The notes under the pieces were generated by a model that saw nothing but the letters and a program-made list of their open reading frames with translations, was not told the DNA's origin and made no database searches. Both the position numbers and the translations under genes were made by a program. Positions 1-14,320 of a stretch of 64,000 bases of DNA are shown in pieces. Origin of the DNA: Octopus bimaculoides (lineage: Eukaryota); NCBI RefSeq assembly GCF_001194135.2, contig NC_068991.1:72613673-72677672 (forward strand), read 5' to 3'. The number at the start of each line of letters is the position of its first letter. The stretch's first letter is position 1.

Positions 1-1236
1 ATGTATATGTACATATATATGTGTGTATATGTACATATACACACACACACACACATATATATAATATATATTATATATATTTATATAAGCATACAAAATC
101 AGGGTTGGTTTAGTGGCTAAACAATAATACTAATCTGATCTTAGGGGCTCCAACTAGCTATTGCAACATAGCTTGCTGAAGATCTTAGGATAGAGAACAA
201 GGAAGTAAACACAATTGTTGCTCTGATCTTATTTCACTAATATTAAAATACATCATATTTCACGAACCACTAGACAGCTTCTATGTCATTGCTTGTCCTG
301 CTAGGAATGGCAGCTAAAAATCACATCCAGCCAATTTAATATGAAGGACATATGCGTTGGATAATGTAGTTCCTGGTATACAAAAACATATATAAATAAA
401 TAAAAAGTAAAACAAACAGGATGGTCATTGCTGGAATATGTTTTATCAGGACTAACATGGGGCTAATGAAACAGCATCCCACAACAGGTGTTGCACTTTG
501 CGGATAAGTTACAAAGGTGCGGTTTCTCTAACTAAACTACTAATTTTATTTATTAGCCAGAAATTACACTGATGATGGTGATGAGAGAATCTTGGCATGA
601 TTGTGTAGTTAAAAGGGTTGTTTTGCCATTATACGCTTCTTGGGCAAGTGTTTTCTGCTGGTATCACCAATTGACTAAAAGCTGTGTCATATTTGGCCAG
701 TGGTGAACAATATAGAAGCTTATTATTGAGTAGACATAATATGTCTCCCTGTTTAACACCCTCACCTAGGGCTTGGTTGCCTTTAGCAAGAGTCCACTCT
801 GTTGTTGACATCCAAGCATGGTCTCCGATCTGAGGATCACTCTTTCGTTTTTTCCCATCAGTTGCAGAGGTTCTTAAAAAAAAACATCATGGCCACTGCC
901 CTTTTTCCTCCATTAAAATTCCTTTAAAAAAAATGTTTCTTCTTTTAACAAAGATTAAAAAAATTTAACCCAGCTAAAGATAATATTAGAACAATTGTTG
1001 GTGGATTGGCGAAATCATTTCAGCCCTTTATATTCTGAGTTCAAATCTTGCCAAAGTCGACTTTCTCTTTCATCCTTCAAGGGTTGATAAAATAAAGCAC
1101 TGGAGCTGTATAATCAAAGATATCCCTCCCACCAAATGTGTGGCCTTGGGACTCAGGTCAGAAATTATTATTTGAGCAAAACATGAAAGGGCAGATAAAC
1201 TCAGGAGAATCAATAGCCATCCAATAACATTATACA

Positions 1237-1314
<78 letters not shown>

Positions 1315-1965
1315 NNNNNNNNNNNNNNNNNNNNNNNNNNNNNNNNNNNNNNNNNNNNNNNNNNNNNNNNNNNNNNNNNNNNNNNNNNNNNNNNNNNNNN
1401 NNNNNNNNNNNNNNNNNNNNNNNNNNNNNNNNNNNNNNNNNNNNNNNNNNNNNNNNNNNNNNNNNNNNNNNNNNNNNNNNNNNNNNNNNNNNNNNNNNNN
1501 NNNNNNNNNNNNNNNNNNNNNNNNNNNNNNNNNNNNNNNNNNNNNNNNNNNNNNNNNNNNNNNNNNNNNNNNNNNNNNNNNNNNNNNNNNNNNNNNNNNN
1601 NNNNNNNNNNNNNNNNNNNNNNNNNNNNNNNNNNNNNNNNNNNNNNNNNNNNNNNNNNNNNNNNNNNNNNNNNNNNNNNNNNNNNNNNNNNNNNNNNNNN
1701 NNNNNNNNNNNNNNNNNNNNNNNNNNNNNNNNNNNNNNNNNNNNNNNNNNNNNNNNNNNNNNNNNNNNNNNNNNNNNNNNNNNNNNNNNNNNNNNNNNNN
1801 NNNNNNNNNNNNNNNNNNNNNNNNNNNNNNNNNNNNNNNNNNNNNNNNNNNNNNNNNNNNNNNNNNNNNNNNNNNNNNNNNNNNNNNNNNNNNNNNNNNN
1901 NNNNNNNNNNNNNNNNNNNNNNNNNNNNNNNNNNNNNNNNNNNNNNNNNNNNNNNNNNNNNNNNN

Positions 1966-2007
<42 letters not shown>

Positions 2008-3142
2008 AGAAATTTAGAGGAAAATAGATTGCACATTTTCTTACCATATCTAAATTTGGTTGCAATAAGTATCTTTTAAAGTTCTTATTGATGAAGTGTT
2101 TCAAAGCTTTGAGGTGCATCATTAATAAAGACTTATTTACATATATTTTTTAATGCTTCTCTGTTTGCACTCTAAATTAATATTTCTATTCTATTTAACC
2201 AGCTGAAAGAGAATCAGTTTAATTTCTGAATTTTCCTAAATACATTCGTGTGTACAGGCACAACTTAGAGATTCTTAGGCCTCTGGTGGTTGAAGTTGGC
2301 CACAAATCAATCTGCACATGTGTGTTCTGATGCATGGCCAAGGTGTTTTTTGAGAAAGATTAATAGTTGCCCATGCATATAAGTCCTCCCTTTTTGACAC
2401 CATTGAAGTTTACCCAAGAGAAAAGCCACTGATTCGGTTTTAATAGAACTTGGCATCAGTGTTGTTACAGGTGCTGCTATTAGAATCCAAAGAACCAGAA
2501 TAGATATCAAAGAACATCATGCTTGAGTCTGTAACAGTTTTTACCAATCCATCACCCTGGATTGGCATTTCTTTCATTGACCCCTAAAAGGATGAAAGGT
2601 AAAGCTGACCTTGGTGGGAGTTGAATTCAAAGCTCAATAATTACCATGAGGCATTCTGTCTAATGCATTCACAGTTCTGCCAATTGCTTTCGTGGTCAAG
2701 AAGTCTACTTCATAACTACACTGTTTTGAGTTCAGTCTCATTGCAAAGCACATTGAGGAAATGCCTCTCTCCTATAACATCAAGTTGACCAAAGCTCTGT
2801 GAGTAAAATTTGTTGGGTGGAAACTGTGTGGAAGCTCATCAGAGGGACTATTGTTATTCTTGAGTGATAAACGTAGACCATTGCTTCTTTAACACTCCTG
2901 ACCTTTTGAATGTCTTTGTCATTTAGACCAGATCTGAACATTACTTCCTTCTTCCTGTTAGGGCCAGAGATCCTGAAAAAAGGTCTTGAATGTTGGTCTT
3001 CTTTTCCTCGGGCCAAGTCACATAAAAAAAAAAAATTATTATTAATCTTTTGCCCTCGTTATCCCATTTATGCAAATTTTGATGAGCTGGCAGTATTAAC
3101 CCACACCCCCATCAAATCCATGTAATATATATATACACATAC

Positions 3143-3195
<53 letters not shown>

Positions 3196-5616
3196 CATAT
3201 ACATACCTTTATTTATATATATTATATGTATGTATACATGTAAAGCACATACACATGCATACACATACACAGGTTCATATAGTTTCTGTCCACCAGCTTC
3301 ACTCACAAGGCTTTGGTCAGCTTAGGTTATAGGAGAAGATACTTGCCCAAGGTACCATACATTAAGATTGAACCCAAAACCACATGCTGCCAAATGAATT
3401 TCTCAATCCCACAACCATATCTGCATTTGTTAATATTAATACTACTAACATTTATTAGTATTATATTACTTAATAAACAGATGATTAAACAAAAAAAAAA
3501 CAAATTTAGTTCTTAACACAAAGAGTTCAAAATCCTTCAAAGATTAAGCACTGGAATGGTGTGTTTGTTTATCATTCACATGTTATTGATGCTTTATGGG
3601 GAAAGGAAGAAAGGCCTGGTGGTATTTGTTCCAGCTCTTTATATTCCAAGTTCACATTCCACCAAGGTTGACTTCATCTTTCATCCCACCGAGGTTGATA
3701 AAATAAAGTCCCCAGTCAAATAACAGGGGTCAATGATATCAACCAACACCCTTCCTTCAGAATTCTTGGTCGTTTGCTTTTGAACCTAAATTTAAAAAAA
3801 AAATATTACTTAATTTATTTAAAGGCAGTGTCTGGGAGAAACAGACTGTTGAAAGAAATGCCTGGCAATATTTGTTCCTGCCCTTTATGTTTTGAGCTCA
3901 AATTCTGCCGAGGTCACCTTCATCTCTCATCCCTCCATGATTGATAAAATTTAGTACCAGTGAAGTGCTAGAGTTGATGGTTTTGACTAGATCCCCCCTC
4001 CCCAAGCTCAAAATTGGTGGCGTCGAGCCTAAATTAGCATCACTTCTTTAATTTATTCACTTATTTATTAGAAATGGTAGATTTCATCTAGATTCATTTT
4101 TATTATCAAAAAGAAACAAAATATTTTGTATTGCGTAAACAATACTTAAGAATGTAGATCGGAAGAATTGCTAAAGCAACAGACAAAATGCTTTCTGGTA
4201 TTTTTTCCAGCTCATTATACTGAGGTCAACTTTGTTTTCATCCCACTGGGGGCCAATAAAATAAAGCACCAGTTCATTACTGGGATTCTTATAATCAATT
4301 ATTATCCTTCCCCCCCAAATTCCAAGCCTTGTGTCTATATGTTTGAAACAATTATGTGAACAATGCATTCTTATAAGTTAATCTTTATTTTTTATTTCTA
4401 ATGAAAATTTCAATCAATATTCAAAGTAAATTGTCTTCATAAAGTGATAAATTTTATTTGAAACAGTAAAAGATCTTACCTCCAAAACTATTTGGAATCA
4501 GCCAAAGTTTTAGTTTGTTCCTTTATTTTTCATGGACTTTCATGCGATTGTTATCATTTCTAGTTGTTTCTTACAGATGATATGATTAACCCAGTAAGGG
4601 CTGTGGATTGGCAGAATGTTAGTGCCGGACAAAATACCATACAGCATGTGTTTTGGTTCTTTACCTTCTGAGTTCAAATCTCGCTCAGGTTAACTTTACC
4701 TGGGTTTCACAAAATAAAGTACCAGTCACACACTGGAATCATTTTAATCAACTAACTGCAACCTCCAAATTCCAGGCCCTTGTGCACATGTTAGCAACAA
4801 TTACTCAGTGATGCACATCATGGTTCATGTGGACCACTAGCTGTCCATACCAAAATTTTGGTGGCCCACAGTGAGTTTTATGTCCTGCTGTTTCATTGCA
4901 TAATATGACTAAAATTAAATTTATTTTTGGTGGCCCATCAAGTTTTCTTCATTAATTTTTTTAGTGGCCAACCTTCTGTAAAAAGTTTCTTACACTATAA
5001 ATGACCTATGGCCAATCAGGGCCTGTAAGAAAAGGTGGGAAGATCAGCTGGGACCTTAGTCTGGGACCAAAAGAGCCTAAGAAACGGCTTCAAGACAATC
5101 TGTCAGGCATCAGGTACCCTAAAAAAAAAAATTCTTTTTGATAATTCTACCCACCCATGAATTTGAGGCCCCTGAAAGCTCTTTTGCTCCCCCTTGCCAA
5201 CCCAATTTCTCTTAGAGGCCCTGGTGGCAGTGATCTCAAAGACAAAATATTCTTCTGAACCATGGTGTTGCTGCGTGCTGCATATATTATTTAATGATTT
5301 AAAGCAGTGATTTTTTAAAAAACTTTAATTGTAGTTTCTTATTAATGAATAAATACCTCAGTCCAGTCTAAATTAACACAATCAATCAATATCTCTTTAA
5401 ACTGAGTATCATATATAAAAAAAAAGAAGAAAAAAACTGAAGAGACTTAATTAATAAATGCAAGACAATATTTCACATAAATTATTAAAAATGAAATGTT
5501 TAACCAAACTGCCATTTTTTTTGTTGTTGTTGATAAATGTCTCTTGAGCTTTTCCAAATCCATTCCATAATCCCCATTTGCAGTGTCAACAGCAATTCAT
5601 TAGATTTAATACATAC

Positions 5617-5712
5617 CTGTCATCTTTTTCATAGATAGACGACATAATCCTGCAATATGATCTGTAGGTTTACACCACATAGCCACCATCAGAGGTGGTA
5701 GGTACTTAATAC
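5617..5712 (-). CDS. Candidate internal coding exon of an unidentified gene
   Basis: Minus strand catttag|GT...CAG|gtatgt. 96 nt, phase 1-1, open frame (G)IKYLPPLMVAMWCKPTDHIAGLCRLSMKKMT. Non-repetitive sequence. No protein family recognised. Confidence 0.35.
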
Positions 5713-6498
5713 CTAAATGTTAAGACCACATACAACCAACAAGAAATATACAGGTACATTAGATATTAATAGAATAATGCCTTTAGCCCAACTATGGTAG
5801 CAGTGCTTGGTTTGTTTCTCCTGTGTGAATTTTAGCCAGCAAAAAGTAAAGATAGAAGTAACTTCAAATGCCCCAAGCAATTATTTCAATTTTTATTTAA
5901 AACATGATGCTTCAAAACACTGTCAGAGATTAAAAAAAAAGAGAGAAAGAAGAAAAGAAAAGTAGAAAGGCAAGATAAAATTGTATATATGCATATATGT
6001 TTGTAACTAGTTGCTTGCATTTACTATACATACATACATATATATATACACATACATACATATAGACATATATACACAGTTATATACACACATATATACA
6101 TACACACACACACACACATAATGTACATATATATATTAATAAATCTCAGGGTAGCAAAGAAATTTAGAAATTCTTTTTGCTACCAGTGGTCTAGTGAGAA
6201 GAAAAAACTAGTCAATAGACTATATATTATTCATATAAATACATACAGTGTACATTTAAACACAAAAGAGATGTCCATAATAGGACATCTAACCCGCTAG
6301 AAGGTGTTTAAATGTGCACTGTATGTATTTATATATATATATATATATATGTATGTCTGTGTGTGTATGTAACAGTACAATTATTTCAGTATCTTGTATC
6401 TGTTTGAAACAAAAGAGATACATCAATGTATTAAAACAATTCTATTGTCAACCATTACCTAGTTAATAAAAGGCATCAATTGTTTGTGTGTGTGTGTA

Positions 6499-6548
<50 letters not shown>

Positions 6549-7172
6549 TCATTTATTATTTAGTATCCATTGTCCATGGTGGCACGGATGGGCCAAATGG
6601 TTTAACAGGACCCTGGTGACCTGCTGGCTGCATTAAGCGCCACTGTCTGCTTTGGCATGTTTTCCATGGCTGGATGCCCTTCCTAATGCCAACCACTTTA
6701 CAGAGTGTACTGGATCCTTATTTTTCCTTTGTGGCACCAGCACTAGTGAGGTCGCTAGATACCTTACAAGAGAATGAAGTACAAAAGTCAGAAAAGGAAA
6801 AAGTACCTTCAACTAAATGGGGAAACAGGAATATCAATGAAGTGAAAAACAGGGAGGTGGTGTATGCCTGGTGTATGCCAGGTGTATATACACAGGAACA
6901 CACTTGTTTGCAAAGAAATTCAAGTATAGTGAATTCCATAAATTTATTGAATGGTAGAAGCATCATAGAATTGTTAACTTTATTGTGTATCATCATCTTC
7001 ATCATTATCCTCACTATCATTACTGTTTTACATTTGATTTACTATGCTGGCATGGGTTGGATTGATTTTCCAAGGCAGTGTTTTATGACTGGATGCCTTT
7101 CCTGTTGCAAACCCTTCAATTGCCACTTATGACATGTACAGGAATGTGTATGTAGAGAAATAAACCAGGTTG

Positions 7173-7211
<39 letters not shown>

Positions 7212-7707
7212 TAAGGGCTCATTCTCAGTCAGAAGTTACATACAGCTCTGTACACATATGTGTAATTTATATAGGGAGAACTTATAGCTCAGGTTTAGAA
7301 ATGACTGTGTGGTTAAGAAACTCTCCTCACAACCATGTGGTTTCAGGTTCAGTCCTACTGCACTACACAATGGACAAGTGTCTTCTCTTATTGTCCTGGT
7401 CTGACCAATGCTTTGTGCGTGTATTTGGTAGATGTAAGCTATGTGGAAGCCCTATGGTATATATATATATATGTATGTGTGTTTGTCCTTGACACCTGGT
7501 GTTGCTTTGTTTATGTTCTTGCAACTTTAGTGACTGGTAAAATTATTACCAGACTTAAAAGAATAATTATTGGCTTTAATTTGTTCAATTAAAACCCTTT
7601 GGTGGTTAAGACAAGTAAAAGATAAAAGATGTAGGGCTGAATTAGCTGTTAAGGTTTTCAATGTACAGTGATTTTAGCCATCATCAACTCCCAGACCCTG
7701 CCCTAAT

Positions 7708-7917
7708 CTTTTCTACTAAAGGCACATAGTCTGAAATTTTGGGGGAGGGGTTAAGTCAATTACATCGACCCAGTACGCAACTGGTACTTAATTTATCGAC
7801 CCCAAAAGAATGAAAGGCAAAGTTGACCTCGGCGGAATTTGAACTCAGAACATAGTGAAGGACGAAATACTGCTAAGCATTTCGTCCAGTGTGCTAATGA
7901 TTCTGCCAGCTCACCGT
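7708..7917 (-). mobile_element. SINE family B
   Basis: Colinear with other family B copies. Confidence 0.85.
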
Positions 7918-8169
7918 CTTAGACCCTGCCCTACCATTCCAGAATATTGGCCTTCTGGAATTCCTTTACTGATTGTACTTTTCCTGCAGATGTTCACTTA
8001 CAAAGGTTCAACAGAAAAATTAAGGGCATCGACTGATGGTCAGACTTAGCATTTTGTGGACAACTGGAAATGACCGACATTGTTTGAATGATAGTACTGT
8101 GATGGTGCTGGACTCTATCTGCTCCTCTGTGCTCCTTGTTGACTCCAAGTTATTCAATTATGTATATAT

Positions 8170-8508
8170 ATATATATAAAAATAATATTAGGGACAAAAT
8201 CCAAAATTACAGGTAAAAACTCAATTAAAATCAATTTATAAAAAATTAAAATTAAATTGAGCCTTATAGATAAAATATATAGTTTTAGGGAAAATAACCA
8301 AGTTTCAAGAACTCATCGATGAAAATTCACTATCACATATAGAAAAATTAATAATTAAAAGCACAATAAATGAGTATAATATAAAGTAAAGTAAATATCA
8401 TAAGATAAATATAATAAAAAGATTACACGTGTTTCATAACTAATTTTCTATATGTGATAGTGGATTTTCATCGATGAGTTCTTGAAACTTGGTTATTTTC
8501 CCTAAAAC

Positions 8509-8514
<6 letters not shown>
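8170..8514. mobile_element. AT-rich interspersed repeat with internal inverted duplication (possibly Penelope-derived)
   Basis: Arms 8276-8350 and 8441-8514 differ at about 2 positions. The same family occurs at 42031-42280. Confidence 0.55.
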
Positions 8515-8546
<32 letters not shown>

Positions 8547-9712
8547 CACACACATACATATACATACATATATAAACATATACAAATACACACACACACA
8601 TGTATATATAAAAATATGTTTGGTATGTGCAACTGGGACAGTATTTTATTTAAAAAAGCCATCTATGTATCATACTTAATGTATACACACAATCAATAGA
8701 CTAGTTACTGCAATATTTATCCTGATATACCTCTCGTAGGTTTGCTGTGTTAAAATAACAATCAATATCAGAGAGAAAAATTCATCCCAACATCAGCCTC
8801 AGCAGCATTTCAGCTGTTTTGAGCCTTTTCAGTGTCGTGTGCTTGCATCCAACTCTGACAAGAATTCATCATCTCTGATATAGGAAAAAGTAAATAAAAC
8901 ATTCACTGATTTTGCAAATAGCTGCCAGGCTGATTAAAAATCTGGTATATGCAATTGAAGCTGTATTTAATTAAAAAGCCATCTGTCTATTATACTTAGT
9001 GTATATGTCTTTCATGGACTAGCTGTGTTAAAAGCAATAGCTATCAGAGACATGAAAAGTGGTGAGCAAGCCTGCCAGTCCCTTCGTGTTCCTTCCTGTC
9101 ATTAACAGTGATCACCATCTGTTACCCAAGAGGTTTTATTTTCTAGTGTCAGTTGGTAGCATTTGAACTTAGAATGTACAGAGCTTAAAGATATACCACA
9201 AGACTACAAGGTATTTCCTTTGACATTCTAACATTCTACCGATCTGGGAGTATTTTTATTCTGACTAATATTTTATTTAGCAATCATGAAAACTTGAAAG
9301 GCAAGGCTGACCTATGTCAGATTTGAATTTAAAGCACAAAGAGTTCACACAGTTAATTGAACAACTGAAACTGAGATTTATTTACTTTATGCATCTGTGC
9401 GTGTGTGCATGCCTGTCTCTAGGCATCATCATCATCACCCTTTTACGTCCTGTTTCCGTGCTGGCATGGGTTGGACATTTCATGATTGCCTGACTCATTT
9501 CTTATTTGGAGTTATTAACTTTCCTAAAGGGGTCAGAAGGCCCCATCTTATTCACATGTTTCATGGTTTCATGATTGTTTTACAGCTTGGTTCCCATCTT
9601 AACACCAAACATTTTACCTGAATGGCAGCAAATCGTTTGACTAAGGACTAAGTGACTTGGATAGCATAAACAAATAACAACCAATCACAATATTAATTTG
9701 TACCATTCCTAC

Positions 9713-9850
9713 CAGCAAATTGATGGCTGGGAACCAGGTCCATTCTTATGAGAGGGTTATGGACAGATACCAAATTCCTCATAAGAAATTTTTGCTGCCA
9801 CATTGACTCAAATCCACCACAATGGTTTCTAAAAACTGAACCAGATGTCT
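9713..9850 (-). CDS. Candidate internal coding exon, phase-compatible with 5617-5712
   Basis: Acceptor ttgtcacacctcag|, donor G|gtagga. 138 nt, phase 1-1, open frame TSGSVFRNHCGGFESMWQQKFLMRNLVSVHNPLIRMDLVPSHQFA. A plus-strand frame is also largely open, so the call is ambiguous. Confidence 0.2.
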
Positions 9851-11059
9851 CTGAGGTGTGACAAATGATTACAAAAGATGAATTATAAAGATTTGTTTTC
9901 TTTAATTTTGTATATAACAGTTGTAATGTCAGGACCCCCCCCCCCAAAAAAAAAACTAAGTATTACGAAAAGTAAGCCCAAGACACATTACATCTGGGTA
10001 ATCAAAACAAGAAGGTCACAGTATTCAATCAAGTGTTTGCTCACTCAGGGTTTATCTGGAGTTAAACAATTACTGTACCTCTTGCTAATTAAACACTAAT
10101 TACCAAATCTATTAATTGCCATCTAATCATACTGACTATTATGAAGCTGGTTGTTGCTTAGTTACACTGCTGCCAAGTTAGTTGTCCCCAAGCTGGTTTT
10201 CACCCAGTTATACTCCCTGATGCCAAACAAGTTGTTACTTATCTGGCCATCACCTAGCTGTATTGTCACTAAGCAAGCTGTCATCTGTTTCTACTGTCAC
10301 CAAGCTGATTGTCACCATATTATACTATCACCATCATTGATGTGACATAGTTATATTGTCTCATATCAAGTTAGTAGTCATTGTTCAGTTTTTACTGTTA
10401 CCAAGCTGCTGACCGTATGGTACCTATGTATAGAGTCATCATGCTGTTTACAACCCACTTATGACTGTCTGATACTAAACTGGTTGTCATCCAGTAATAC
10501 TGACTTGTTTTGTCTTTAATCAGGAAGGCAGGGAAATACCAACGCCTTGTCACAGGCATTTTGAGACTGGCAGGAGGGAAGAATTCCTCAAACCAGAAAC
10601 ATAACCAAAATGCTTGCAACAGAGTGGACTCTGCTAAAGGCTCTCAAGGTACCAGGTGATGGCATAAACTGAGCAATGGATTAAATCTCTCACCCAAGTA
10701 GGACATGGTGGGATTTGAGCTCAGAACATAAAGACCCAGAAAAATCACCAACAGGTATCCTGCCTGATGCTTTAAGATTTACAGCAATCCATTGCTTGCC
10801 ACCAGCACTTAATTTATCGATCCCAGAAGGATGAAAGGCAAAGCTGACTTTAGCAGGATTTGAACTCAGAACACCAGTGCTAGAATAAATTCTACAATGG
10901 GTTTTTTTTTCTGGTGTTGTATTGACTCTGCCAAGTTTTTAGAACAATGGGCAAAGCACCTGTTACCAAGCTAGTCATATTGTTACCAGTAATACTGTCA
11001 ATCAACTGCTAGTTGCATACTTGTCCTGACTGATCCCCTTTTATCCATCATAGAGTTGC

Positions 11060-11091
<32 letters not shown>

Positions 11092-11159
11092 ACTATACCA
11101 TATATATATATATATTTATATGTGTATTTGTATATATATATATACATATACGCACACAT

Positions 11160-11191
<32 letters not shown>

Positions 11192-11280
11192 ATGTAAACA
11201 CATACACACATATATCATCATCATCATCATCATTATCATTCTATACTTTCCATGCTGGCATGGGTTGGATAGGTGATTTC

Positions 11281-11502
11281 TTATTTCTTTATTGCACACA
11301 AGGGGCTAAACATAGAGGGGACAAACAAGTACAGACAAACGGATCAAGTCGATTACATCGACCCCAGTGTGTAACCGGTACTTATTTAATCGACCCCGAA
11401 AGGATCAAAGGCAAAGTCGACCTCGGCGGTGTTTGAACTCAGAATGTAGCAGCAGACAAAATACCGCTAAGCATTTCGCCTGGCGTGCTAACGTTTCTGC
11501 CT
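11281..11502 (-). mobile_element. SINE family B, young copy
   Basis: Reverse complement of the 49095 copy with CpGs intact. Confidence 0.9.
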
Positions 11503-12200
11503 GTTCTGGATAGGTGATTTCTGTTCTCTGAGATGTGTTAGGGAACCATACTTCACTTATAAGTTTCATTTTGGGCTTTATTTCTATAGTAGGATGCCCT
11601 TGCTAACCTTATTCCCTTTACAGAGTGTTTGGCATGCGTCTTCTTGTGGCCCGGGACCTGAGAGATTGCTGTGTTTTCAGCGTGACTGAAGTGTCCTCAC
11701 AACTCTAGTCTTTGCAGAATGAACAAGAAGCATTTTATTGTCTTCTACACTAGAGAGCACAGAAGTAAGAGAATGATATCCATATATAATTAGTGTGTGT
11801 TATTAAGTGACATAAAGATACAGCCCTTTACCTTCGTGAAGAGAAAGAAAGAAGAAAAGAAAAAAGAGAGAACTAGAAAATATTCATTGATATTTATGTG
11901 TGGAGAAAACCAAAGCGATAAGATGAATAAATATGTAATTTTTATATGGAACTGGCAATATTATAAATATTATTATTATCATTATTATTATTATTGTTAT
12001 AAATTTGTATCTACATCAGCTCTTAGTATTATTTACCAAATTATCCAAACAAGGAGCTTTTTGAGAATCTGAATGTTGTTTGTAAGATTGGAATAAATTC
12101 AACAAAGATACAAAGTAAATATTTGGAGAATTACCAAAATATTTCTGTTAGGAGTTTGTTGTGTATGATATGATGCTATGTATGTATGTATGTATGTACA

Positions 12201-12262
<62 letters not shown>

Positions 12263-12612
12263 GAGAGAGAGAGAGAGAGAGATAGAGAGGGTGAGAGAGA
12301 GAAAAATATATATATACAGGGAAAGATACATATAGATATATATACAGAGAGAGAGAGAAAGAGAAACACACACACATACTCACACGCATTCATATATGCA
12401 TGTATATTTCACATATATATTTAACTATATACAGGTGTGCATGTGTGTGAGTTTATATGTGTGTATATTTGTATATATGTGTATGCACATATATATATAT
12501 ATATATACATATATATATCTATATATATATTTGCATACATACAAATATAGTGTATTGTTTGTTTGTTGGCAGGATAAACAAAAAAGTAATCAATCCAGTG
12601 AGAGAAAAGTAT

Positions 12613-12817
12613 ATCATTTAATGAATACAAAAGTTTTATGTGAGCTACTTCAAGTTTCATGTTCAGATAATGCAGTAACCAGATGGGTTTGAGTAGCATT
12701 TCATGCATGATAGCCAGATCTTGAAATGGTAAGCTATACAAACTCATCTAAATACTGCACTATCTGAAAATGAAACTTGAAGTAGCTCTTGTATAACTCT
12801 TGTGTTTATCAAATGAT
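12613..12817. repeat. Imperfect inverted repeat
   Basis: About 85 bp arms; 16 mismatches counted over 83 bp; perfect 19-bp core gagctacttcaagtttcat; 35-nt loop. Confidence 0.85.
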
Positions 12818-13369
12818 GCATATATTCCCATTTATACATTTGTCTTTTTATCTCTCCCTCTCTCTGTAAATATATATATATATATATATATANNNNNNNN
12901 NNNNNNNNNNNNNNNNNNNNNNNNNNNNNNNNNNNNNNNNNNNNNNNNNNNNNNNNNNNNNNNNNNNNNNNNNNNNNNNNNNNNNNNNNNNNNNNNNNNN
13001 NNNNNNNNNNNNNNNNNNNNNNNNNNNNNNNNNNNNNNNNNNNNNNNNNNNNNNNNNNNNNNNNNNNNNNNNNNNNNNNNNNNNNNNNNNNNNNNNNNNN
13101 NNNNNNNNNNNNNNNNNNNNNNNNNNNNNNNNNNNNNNNNNNNNNNNNNNNNNNNNNNNNNNNNNNNNNNNNNNNNNNNNNNNNNNNNNNNNNNNNNNNN
13201 NNNNNNNNNNNNNNNNNNNNNNNNNNNNNNNNNNNNNNNNNNNNNNNNNNNNNNNNNNNNNNNNNNNNNNNNNNNNNNNNNNNNNNNNNNNNNNNNNNNN
13301 NNNNNNNNNNNNNNNNNNNNNNNNNNNNNNNNNNNNNNNNNNNNNNNNNNNNNNNNNNNNNNNNNNNNN

Positions 13370-13401
<32 letters not shown>

Positions 13402-13539
13402 CACACACACATATATATATATAACAAAAAATGTGTTACCAGTTACGCACTGGAGTCAATGTAATCGACATAACCCCTTTGTCTGTCCTTGTTTGTCCCC
13501 TCTATGTTTAGCCCCTTATGGGCAATAAAGAAATAAGAA

Positions 13540-13730
13540 ACGTTAACATACCGGGTGAAATGATTAGTGGTATTTCGTCTGACTTTATGTTCTGTATTCT
13601 ATTTCCGCTGAGGTCGACTTTGCCTTTCATCCTTTCAGGGTCAATAAATTAAGTACCAGTTGTGTACTGGGGCCGATCTAATCGACTAGCTCCCTCCCTA
13701 AAAATTTCAGGCCCTGTGCCTAGAGTAGAA
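13540..13730 (+). mobile_element. SINE family B, preceded by the 3' half of another copy from ~13440
   Basis: Colinear with other family B copies. Confidence 0.8.
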
Positions 13731-14214
13731 AAAAAAATATATTTATGCTCCACTTAAACAAAAAAGTCCCACAGCTCAATGGTTTCAACATACATGTACA
13801 GAGAATAGGATTAAGGCATTTTATTTGAATATAATCAAGGGTTGGCATCGACCTGTAGAATACTGCCCCAAGAAATCTCATCTGACTCATACCAACAGGG
13901 AAAAAAAAGCAGAACTAAAAATGAGGAAGTGATATGGATATGTATATTTGATGAGTGTCTGCTCTTGTCCAAGTATGACCATCCCTCACTAAAGGGATTT
14001 CAAGTTAAGTGCAGCAGAATTTTAGGACTGATAAGACTTGTACAACTCTTTATAGATTCTCTACACACTATTAGCAAGATATCTGGCATTAATAAAATTC
14101 ATTAGAACGAGTGTCAGGATCTTCAGATGATCCTTAAGACACCCAAAATGGGGAAGACTACTGAACAGTACACACACACACACACACACACGCACTATGT
14201 TTATCTACATGCAT

Positions 14215-14320
14215 CATCATCATCATCATCATCATCGTTTAACGTCCGCTTTCCATGCTAGCATGGGTTGGACGATTTGACTGAGGACTGGTGAAACCGG
14301 ATGGCAACACCAGGCTCCAA
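14215..14320 (-). mobile_element. RTE-tail-type repeat 3' end with (GAT)n tail
   Basis: (cat)n-cgtttaacgtccgctttccatgctagcatgggttggac. Related copies near 6550, 7040, 9425, 11215, 15110 and 20420. Confidence 0.65.

Noticed and set aside
629-870. Minus ORF MSTTEWTLAKG...
   Set aside because: Contains caacagagtggactc(t)tgctaaagg, also seen at ~10618, and a SINE-like aacacttgcccaag, so it is repeat-derived.
2430-2530. Possible terminal exon DSSMMFFDIYSGSLD... on minus
   Set aside because: The acceptor and body align with a degraded SINE B head.
2780-3016. Minus ORF ARGKEDQHSRPFFRISG...
   Set aside because: No convincing splice sites, and its 3' part runs into a SINE.
8425-8485. Hammerhead-like tcgatga...gaaacacgtgt on minus
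   Set aside because: The core differs from CUGANGA at two positions and stem II cannot be formed convincingly.
8820-8872. Strong minus acceptor followed by DDEFLSELDASTRH*
   Set aside because: It cannot be joined in phase to the neighbouring candidate exons, and a single splice signal is insufficient.
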